This document shows positions 51,478 to 64,000 of a stretch of 64,000 bases of DNA, one piece after another. The notes under the pieces are model-generated. The model was not told the DNA's origin. It ran no database searches and was given only the letters and a program-made list of their open reading frames with translations. The stretch is from the human T2T-CHM13v2.0 reference genome, Homo sapiens. The position numbers were made by a program, and so were the translations under genes. The DNA lies in the NCBI RefSeq assembly GCF_009914755.1, contig NC_060930.1; one strand, written 5' to 3'. How positions within the stretch are numbered: position 1 is the stretch's first letter; every line of letters starts with the position of its first letter.

Positions 51478-51809
51478 AAAATGGTAAATTTTTATGTTAT
51501 GTATATTTTGCTACAATTAAACAAAAGCAAATGCAAATAAAGACAAAGGAGGCTGTGGATTTTCACCATTTTTTTTCTTGTTTTTTGTGTAAAGGGGAAG
51601 GCAGTTACCAACCCCTGTGGACAGGAATCGCTTTTGAAGGTAGGGCTGAGGTGATCATCAACCAAGTTGTAAAGATCAAAACTGACCAGCCTGCCGGAGA
51701 CTACCTAACCCTGTTCCTGTTTCTGCCGTATCAAGTGAGGACTTTCTGTTCCCTCTGGCGATGCTACTCTGTGTGACTCATGATTCCACGTAGGCTTGAA
51801 GGAATGGTC

Positions 51810-52040
51810 TTTATTCAGTGCCTGTTAGGTGTGAAGCAAGGTATTAGAAATTGTATATACATTATCACATTGATGTATCACAATCATCTGCTGGAGGTGG
51901 TATTATCCCTAATTTTTAGACAAAAAAAGTGAGATTCTGAGAGGGAAAGTGTAGTCTCCAAGCTCACACGTGTAGCAGTTCAGAGAATTCAAACCCAGAT
52001 CTCTGTTTTTGAACTCCTTGACCTTGTCTTTATAATGTCA
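51810..52040 (-). mobile_element. MIR
   Basis: tattatccctaattttagac...gaga..ctgagagg; attcaaacccagatct. Confidence 0.7.
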
Positions 52041-52478
52041 TTGCCTCAAATTTTGTATCCACCCAAGCTAAATGGAAGGAAGAATTTAGTACCTTAGACT
52101 TGGTATATTGTTTTTCAGGGGAAATAAGTATAAGAAATAGGATTTCGTTTGGCATGGAGTATTTCATTCATATATGAGATTTTTAGTGGGAACCCACTTG
52201 GTGCTAGACGTTGTTTGTAGGCATTGGTGAGCCATATCTCTGTGCAAGACAGGCGTAGTCCTTGCTCTCAGGGAATAATAAATTATGCCATAGCTGTGTA
52301 AACCCACTTCGTCTGCATGCAGAAATTTATTTGAAACTGAATTAAGGACAACAATCAAGCTTTTAACTATTTCTCTGTTACTTTCATCACCATCAGCTGT
52401 GGTCCGGTTTAGCGGAAGCAAAATAGACAAATTCAGTAAAATGTCTTTCTGTGGAGAACTCCCAAAATGAATACGCTG

Positions 52479-53503
<1,025 letters not shown>

Positions 53504-53539
53504 TATTAATGTCAATAATAAAACATAATGAGAAAAATA

Positions 53540-53870
53540 TGAGATATTGCAATACACAGAATTCAAATAGGGCAATGGGAAGGTGCCTGGGGCGGGTGCT
53601 ACAGATTGGGAGGTCAGCTGAGGTGTCTCTGAAGAGGTTTCATCTAAACTGAGATCTGGATTACAAGGAGGAGCCTGTCCTGTGAAGATCAGGGGGAAGG
53701 GCATTTGAGGTGGGAGTGAGTACAGGCAGGGCAAAGGCTCCAAGACAGAATGAGTTTGGTGTGAGGAAACCCAAAGAGACCACTGTGGCTGCCAGAAATG
53801 GAGAGCTTTGGAGGCAAGTACAGGCCTGGTCACTAGGGCCTTGTCGGCTGGAGTGGGGGTAAGGATTTGT
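53540..53870 (-). mobile_element. L2 fragment
   Basis: ggtcag..gagg..tctctgaagaggt; gcaaaggctccaagacagaatgagtttggtgtg. Confidence 0.65.
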
Positions 53871-54243
53871 GCTCAGTGAGTGATTCTTGCTATATTTCTC
53901 CGTAAATGTTGCGGCATTTTTTTCATTTTCCCTGCCACACTTCCTAAGTGGAGGTGTTGCTTTTTACTTCTTTGCTCTTTTTTGGTGTCCTAGACACAGT
54001 AGCCCCTATATGTGCTGAGTGACACCAAGCTTTCGGCTTCTGGTGCTGTAACCTTTCCTTCCTTCTGTGACCATTGTGAATGAGGATGGAGTATGAATGG
54101 GTGATATCATGAGAGAGAGTCTGCATTGTATTGTATTGGTGTGGTGGGGGTGCTGAGGGGTAGGGAAGCAGGAAGAGGCAATGTGTACAGGAATAAAAGT
54201 TACTTAAATGCTCCAGGTCTGAGTTTTCTTAGTTGATGATTAG

Positions 54244-55176
<933 letters not shown>

Positions 55177-55832
55177 TATATTCCTTTTCATTCCTGTCGA
55201 GGTAAGCTTTTAGTAAATGGATTTCATTCCACCCTTTCCTTCTGGTAAGAAGCAAGGACTGAGGATGATAGAACTTGTAAATGTTTGAATTTCATAGTAC
55301 ACGGTTTATGTGTTGGATTTGTCAGGTGTCCTTCAGCGTTATTTGGTGAAGGTGGGCAAATTAAATTTGCCTTTTTCAATATCCTCTGAATTTTTAATGA
55401 GCTGCTATATGTCTTGTCACTTTTTCTGCCCATAGCTATTGTTTTCAGCATAACTGTGTTCTGTAATTCTTTTTTCTCTGCAATAGTAATTTATTTATTT
55501 TACTTTTCAAGATGGCTTCCATTTGTGTTATGCAAGTTTTAGATTTTGTACAATATAGAGTGTATAAGACACCTTTTTTTTTTTTTTAAACTGAAGAGCT
55601 ATGGAATCTAGTATACCCAGTGATATAGCTATGACACATTTATCTAAGAAGGAATATGTTACCACAAAGACAGTTTCTTTCTTTTGGAGAAATTTTCAAA
55701 TGCATCAGTGCTTTAAAAAAATCACCATTTTGGTATCCATATGTGAGGGTGAGTGATTTTTTCAGAGAGAAAAAATGTGTTCCAAATAGATATCAGTTGA
55801 TTTCTTTAATCGTAAGTTTTATATTAATGCGT

Positions 55833-56125
55833 CTTTTTTTTTTTTTTTTTTTTTTTTTTTGAGACGGCCAGGCCAGAGTGCAATGCCGCGATCTTGGCTC
55901 ACTGCAACCTCCGCCTCCCGTGTTAAAGAGATTCTCCTGTCTCAGCCTCCTGAGTAGCTGGGGTTACAGGCATGCGCCACCACGCCCGGCTAATTTTGTA
56001 TTTTTAGTAGAGACAGGGTTTCTCCATGTTGGTCATGCTGGTCTCGAACTCCCAACCTCAGGTGATCCGCTTGCCTCGGCCTCTGAAAGTGCCGGGATTA
56101 CTGGTGTGAGCCACTGCACCCGGCC
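55833..56125 (-). mobile_element. AluSp-like
   Basis: Long T tail; tttctccatgttggtca. Confidence 0.92.
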
Positions 56126-56318
56126 TATGAGCCTTTTTAAAAATAAACAAGCTGACTGTTTTTACCAAACGCTATGAAAATACAATTATAAGCTATTCTG
56201 TCAATTAGGAATTAGAGGTTCTTAGACCATAGCTCTGAGAGCACACTAAGTCCTCATGCTAAAATTTATTTTAAACATAATTAAGAACAGAGGTGGTTTT
56301 AAACCACTTCCCTGCTAA

Positions 56319-56613
56319 CTTTTTTTTTTTTAGACAGGGTCTTATTACTCTGTTGCCCAGGCTGGATGCAATGGTGCGCTCATAGCTCACTGCAGCCTCA
56401 AATTCCCTGGTTCAAGCAATCTTCCTGCCTCCGTCTCCTGAGTAGCTGGGACTACAGGCACACACCCCCATACCCAGCTAATTTTTTTGATATCTAGTAA
56501 AGACAGGATCTTGCTATGTTGCCTAGGCTGGTCTTGAGCTCCTGGGGTCAAAGGATCCTTCTGTCTCGGCCTCGCAAAGAGCTGGGATTACAGGTATGAG
56601 CCACCACGCCCGG
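56319..56613 (-). mobile_element. AluJ
   Basis: catagctcactgcagcctc diagnostic. Confidence 0.9.
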
Positions 56614-57643
56614 TACTTCTAGTTTTTGACATCATCAACTATGGTTGAGTTATGCAGAATCAGATAATAGACTAATTTAGCAAATAATCTTTTTAAAAAT
56701 TACTTTTAGAGAACTCTAAAAATGTAGGTACTTTAAAATATTTTACTCTAGTCAAAATTTTCTCTTTTGGCACAAACACTATAATTTCCAAAATCAAGGT
56801 TTTGGAAAACCTTGATTGTTTTGTACCTTGGTTTTCAACTCCAGAAGAAAAAGTCTAGTCCCTGCTAAAACAAGAATCAGCAAGTTGATGAGCTGGGTGT
56901 CTTTGTAAACAACTCCACACTTTCAGGATTAAGAAAACAAGTCTCATATGCTGGGCATAGCTTGGGATCGTGGACTAGATAGGAAACTGTGGCTTTAGCC
57001 TTGCCACACTGCCACACACTACCTGCTGAACACAACACAACAATTTAGATTGAGAAAATGTGAATACACCTCCAGTGACTGGAAATACATCTCAATATAC
57101 AAGTAACTTTATAAGCACATGCGAAGTTTATTATCTTTATGTGCATGAAAGCTTCTGTTATCAGTTTATCAAATATTACATCTTTGACAAAAATGCGTAT
57201 ACATTTGTCACTATGATAGTAAGGCATGCAAACTGCACTAGTACGGAGTTGTTTTGGTTTTGCTTTTTTAGAAAACTCTGATGTTCAGGTGGGGGTGATT
57301 TGCGACCTTATAGCAAATGCACAAAGAAAAATCACATGTAGCTTTTAGGAGTTTCAGTTTGGGGATCTAAAGGAGCCTACTTAAAAGGAGGTTGCGTGGA
57401 GCTAAATTAATCCTTATTTTTATATTATACACACATATTCATGATAGGAACATGTCTATCTCAGTGACAACATCTCTTGCCACACTCATATTTATATCAT
57501 ATCTTTATCCTTCCTGCTGTATGTCCCAGAATGCAATTGTTGACCTCACTTTTTTTATTAAATTTTTTAAAATTTAATTTTTACTTTTTTTTTCCTCTGT
57601 GACTCTAGCCAAGGAAAATCAAGCTAATTAACATGTACATTAC

Positions 57644-59114
57644 TGAGAGGTGACAGCGTGCTGGCGGCCCTCACAGCCCTCGCTAGCTCTCGGCGCCTCC
57701 TCTGCCTGGGCTCCCACTTTGGCGGCACTTGAGGAGCCCTTCAGCCCGCCGCTGCACTGTGGGAGCCCTTTCCTGGCCTGGCTGAGGCCAGAGCCGGCCC
57801 TCTCAGCTCGCGGGGAGGTGTGGAGGGAGAGGCGCGGGCAGGAACTGGAGCTGCGTGCGGTGCTTGCGGGCCAGCGCGAGTTCCAGGTGGGTGTGGGCTC
57901 GGCGGGCCCTGCACTTGGAGCGCCTGACCGGCCCTGGGGCCCCGGGCAATGAGGGACTTAGCACCCGGGCCAGCGGCTGTGGAGGGTGTGCTGGGTCCCC
58001 CAGCAGTGCCAGCCCACCAGCGCTGTGCTTGATTTCTCACCGGGCCTTAGCTGCCTCCCCGTGGGGCAGGGCTCGGGACATGCAGCCCGCTATGACTGAG
58101 CCTATCCCCCCACTCCCCGTGGGCTCCTGTGCCGCCCGAGCCTCCCCGACGAACGCTGCTCCCGGCTCCACGGCGCCCAGTCCCATCGACCACCCAAGGG
58201 CTGAGGAGTGCGGGCCCACGGCACTGGGACTGGCAGGCAGCTCCACCTGTGGCCCGGTGCGGGATCCACTGGGTGAAGCCAGCTGGGCTCCTGACTGGTG
58301 AGGACTTGGAGAACCTTTATGTCTAGCTAGGGGATTGTAAATATACCAATCGGCACTCCGCATCTAGCTCAAAGTTTGTAAACACACCAATCAGCACCCT
58401 GTGTCTAGCTCAGGGTTTGTGAATGCACCAATCCACACTCTATATCTAGCTACTCTGGTGGGGACTTGGAGAACCTTTGTGTCCATTCTCTGTATCTAGC
58501 TAATCTAGTGGGGTCGTGGAGAACCTTTGTGTCTAGCTCAGGGATTGTAAACGCACCAATCAGCACCCTGTGAAAACAGACCACTCGGCTCTCTGTAAAA
58601 TGGACCAATCAGCAGGATGTGGGTGGGGCCAGATAAGAGAATAAAAGCAGGCTGCCCGAGCCAGTAGTGGCAATCTTCTCGGGTCCCGTTCCACAATGTG
58701 GAGGCTTTGTTCTTTAGCTCCACAATGTGGAAGCTTTGTTCTTTAGCTCTTTGCAATAAATCTTGCTACTGCTCACTCTTTTGGTCTACACTGCTTTTAT
58801 GGGCTGTAACACTTACTGCAAAGGTCGGCAGCTTCACTCCTGAGCCAGTGAGAACACGAACCCACCGGGAGGAACGAACAACTCCAGATGCGCCGCCTTA
58901 AGAACTGTAACACTTACCGTGAAGGTCCACAGTTTCACTCCTGAGCCAGTGAGACCACGAACCCCACCAGGAGGAAGAAATTCCGAACACACCCGAACGT
59001 CAGAAGGAGCAAACTCCGGACATGCTGCCTTTAAGAACTGTGAAGCTTACCGCGAGGGTCCGCGGCTTCGTTCTTGAAGTCAGTGAGACCAAGAACCCAC
59101 CAATTCCGGACATA
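57644..59114 (+). mobile_element. Solo LTR12C-type (ERV9/HERV9) LTR
   Basis: Starts tgagaggtgacagcgtgctggc, ends gaacccaccaattccggacata (terminal CA>TA); 4-bp TSD ttac (57640-57643 / 59115-59118); GC-rich U3, ~40-bp enhancer repeats, U5 repeats. Confidence 0.95.
58315..58670 (+). promoter_or_regulatory. ERV9 LTR enhancer/promoter
   Basis: CCAAT at 58346, 58387, 58428, 58556 and 58605; GC/GT box 58621; AGATAAG 58631; TATA-like AATAAAA 58640-58646. Activity not shown. Confidence 0.65.
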
Positions 59115-59168
59115 TTACCTCACATAGTTAACTTTTTGGGGAGTGAAAACATTTATTTAAAAAGATTT

Positions 59169-59460
<292 letters not shown>

Positions 59461-59474
59461 TCATTTATTTTTTT

Positions 59475-59518
59475 TCATTCATTCATTCATTCATTCATTC
59501 ATTCATTCATTCATTCAT
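59475..59518. repeat. (TTCA)n, probably an expanded L2 3' terminus
   Basis: About 11 TTCA units. Confidence 0.9.
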
Positions 59519-59916
59519 GATGTTTTGGCTGAATGCCTGGTATGTGTGGTAAGGAGAGAAAGGAAAAAAGCAAGTCATAATTGCTTCATTCAGAAACTAT
59601 GGAACCCGGATTCGAATGGGGAGACAACTCTTGGATACTTGTAGAGTTAAGAATAAAAGTTTAGGATTCAGGGCCAGAATAATAACAGTAACAGTTAATT
59701 CGACAGGAATTTCTCAAAAGGGGTACTCAGGGTGAGGAGGCACTTTCAGGGAGTAAGGTATAACTTAGGTTCATCCTGGAATGATGGGTAGGAATCAATA
59801 GCTAGAAGCGAGGTAGCATTAAAACTGAATTCTGGCAGAATGCTGCAGTTTCGTATAAGAAAAGACTTGTTTTAAATAAAATACTTCACAGAAGGTAGGC
59901 AGACATTAGAAGTAAG

Positions 59917-60624
<708 letters not shown>

Positions 60625-60720
60625 TAAAATGATCCAGCATAATTTATTCACTAAATATTGGCAAAAGATTATATATTAGCTTTTCAGATGGGTGGTTATT
60701 GTTCTGATAATGATGAATAA

Positions 60721-61063
<343 letters not shown>

Positions 61064-61297
61064 ACAACAATAATATGCATTTTTAAGATCCTGTAAATAT
61101 TTTATTTGTTCTAGCCAACACCTTTATTGAAAAGAAACACTTTTTCTACTTTAGTGACAATTTGTCATGTTAGACATGCAAATCTGATAGATGACAGGAG
61201 AAATAAAGGTTGTCCATTTCCCTTGTAACCCCGCCCCAGAGATTTTCTTTTTCTCTTCAAAATTACTTTAGGGACCCGCAATAGAAATGACGTAAGA

Positions 61298-61550
61298 GGC
61301 CAGGTGTGGTGGCTCATGCCTGTAATCCCAGCCTGGGTAACGTGGTGAAACCCCGTCTGTCCAAAAAAAAAAAAAATTTTGTTGGGTGTGGTGGTACACA
61401 CCTGTGGTCCCAGCTGTTTGGGAGTTCTCAAACAGCTGAGAGGATTGCTTGATCCCAGGAGGCAGAGGTTACAGTGAGCTGAGATGATGCCACTGCACTC
61501 CAGCCTGGGCAACAGAGCCAGATCCTGTCCCTTCCCCTAAAAAAAGAAAG
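61298..61550 (+). mobile_element. AluJ/S with left-arm deletion
   Basis: Deletion at ccagc microhomology; TSD agaaatgacgtaa. Confidence 0.9.
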
Positions 61551-62577
61551 AAATGACGTAAAACTGTGAATTTTGGATTTCTAGGGGGCCAGGACCATTT
61601 AAAATTCCTAGAAAGAAGTATGACTAAATTCTTGTTGGTTCTTTTGTGAGTATGCTAGTGAATAAGTTCTTCTCATGAGTTTTGAAAATTAGTTCGTATG
61701 GGAAAGTTGCCCAAGAATTATAGTGTCACAGGGCCAGAAAAGGGGAAAAAAAGAAAAAAGAAACATCTATTTTTGTCATTTTAATCAGTAGAGTAAGTCA
61801 AAAATGGGGAAGATTCTTTTGTCAGTTGTCAAGAAGGGGACTGTCACACCTGCTAAGCAGGTTAAGCTTGTTTTTGAAAGCTTGCAATGCAATTTGCAGT
61901 AATTTTTTTCTCCTGCTACTGACCAGATCCAAAACTTTACGTTGTTCACACCAGAACCAGTTATTCAATTTATGAAGCAGTTGATTAAAACATTTACTAC
62001 TCATTCATCATTCATTCATTCATCCCATAAGAGTTATATGCCTATTTACCAGTAAGGCATCATAGTTGTCTATGTATGGGTGGCTATACCTTCAGGGAGG
62101 AAAAGGTATAGCGAATATGGTAGTGAATAAATATCCCTGGGTGTAGGGTTCAATTGTGAAAGTAAAGCATTACATAAACAAATGCAACCATTATTAATTA
62201 GTTACCTTCTGTTAGCTAGCTTGGATTTTATTTGGCAGATAATGGGGTTTGTATGATTTGTGCCATGTCACTTCTCTGTGACATCACTGGCAACAGACAG
62301 TTGTGTGTCTTTTCATTCCTCCCTTCTTACATTCATAAACACATGTATTTGTTTACTTTAACAAAATGGGATCATAGTATACTGTGCTTTAGAGTATTCT
62401 GTCACTTGCCTTTTCCCCCTCCACATGTCCATACGCTATAATCATCCTTCCAAGCCAAAACATCTCAATCTTTGTTGTTGTTATGAATGGCAGCATTCAT
62501 ATTTGATGAAACCAGAATTGATATGTCATCATATCTTCAAGGAGTTTCCTTTTATTTAAATTAATTATTAATAACTT

Positions 62578-62783
62578 TATTAGAGACAAGCTCTTGCTCT
62601 GTTGCTCAGGCTGGAGTGCAGTGGCACGATCATAACTCACTGTAACTTTGAACTCCTGGGCTCAAGTGATTCTCCCGTCTCAGCCTCCCAAAGTGTTGGG
62701 ATTACAGGTGAGAGCCACCAAGCCTGGCCAATTTCTAAAAAAAAAAATTTGTAGAGATCAATTCTCGCTATGTTGCCCAAGCT
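62578..62783 (-). mobile_element. Alu monomer/rearranged AluJ fragments
   Basis: Antisense arm-hybrid followed by a short left-arm piece. Confidence 0.75.
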
Positions 62784-62927
62784 GAGAGTTTCTGTTTTAA
62801 AAATGCAGCAAAACTGATCAGTTCTCATAATTGAATTGAAGCTAGATAAGGCATTTAGTATTCGATTTATTTATTTAAAGAATTCCACCATCCTTTAAGG
62901 GGTCTTGTGTGTACAAATTTGATATGA

Positions 62928-63258
<331 letters not shown>

Positions 63259-63751
63259 AACATTTTTCAAATAGAAAATCTGAAGCTAAAATCACCCCTA
63301 AAGGACAAATAACAGGACTACAAACAGCGATAAGACAAGGAATTCTATGGGCAACACTTAAGTCTACTGCAGCTTGGGCTGGATATTCTCCTTAAGGAGG
63401 AACCTGTCTTTGATTGTTCCATTGCCCTTCAACTCTGAGCCTATTCAATCATTGCAGAGCTTTTGCTCAGTAGCCACTCTCTGTATTCACAGAGGGGCCA
63501 CCTGCCTCCCTACCCGGCATCTCGGAGCACCTTGCGTGTGCTTGGGTGTCCTGGAGAGCTGAGGAAGCCTGCTCACTAGGGCATCTTCTGCTCTTGCTGT
63601 TTTATTGTGAGCAGAAGGGAGCCATTCTTCTGTAAGGTTGGGTGTACGATGTGGTCCTGTTTTCAGGGAATATTCAGTCCTTGCCTTCTTCTGCCATTTG
63701 ATAGAAGACTTTGGTGTTTTGGTCTGCCGTAATATATTTATACTAATTTGT

Positions 63752-64000
63752 AGGCCAGGCATGGTGGCTCATGCCTGTAATCCCAGCACTTTCGGAGGCG
63801 GAGGCGGGTGAATCACCTGAGGTCAGGAGTTTGAGACCAGCCTGGCCAACATGATGAAACCCCGTCTGTACTAAAAATACAAAAAATTAGCCAGGCGTGG
63901 TGGTGCACGTCTGTAATCCCAGCTGCTTGGGAGTCTGAGGCAGGAGAATCACCTGAAACTAGGAGGTGGAGGTTGCAGTGAGCCAAGATCGTGCCACTGC
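63752..64000 (+). mobile_element. AluSx-like (cut by window end)
   Basis: Visible Alu body. Confidence 0.93.

Noticed and set aside
57650-58363. Several 100-148 aa ORFs and a CpG-island-like stretch
   Set aside because: GC-rich U3 of LTR12; not a gene or an independent CpG island
58315-58600. Regularly spaced ~40-bp repeats superficially like a CRISPR array
   Set aside because: Known ERV9 LTR enhancer repeats in eukaryotic DNA; no unique spacers or cas genes

Overview
Primate (very probably human) non-coding genomic DNA. About 55 Alu copies or fragments (roughly a quarter of the window) sit among old L1M, L2 and MIR remnants, five LTR elements (LTR12C-type, MER4E-type, MER61-type, LTR16C-type, MLT1) and DNA-transposon relics (MER82, MER117-like). 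I recognise no protein-coding exon, RNA gene or processed pseudogene. Nearly all ORFs in the track are Alu, L1, LTR or Tigger translation artefacts. Most old L1 and LTR elements lie on the minus strand, which suggests a large intron of a plus-strand gene; this is inference and I cannot name the gene. I found no convincing new biological system. The best leads are: an intact sense-oriented solo LTR12C promoter with a private 29-bp duplication; two Alu-free, motif-dense enhancer-like blocks (37.4-38.7 kb and 44.4-47.5 kb); two antisense-Alu exonisation candidates; a candidate intronic terminal exon; a G-quadruplex minisatellite inside a MER61 LTR; a twin-primed L1 inversion; several chimeric Alus; and long palindromes. 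Repeat family and subfamily names come from my recall of consensus sequences and need RepeatMasker/Dfam confirmation. Boundaries of old elements are approximate.
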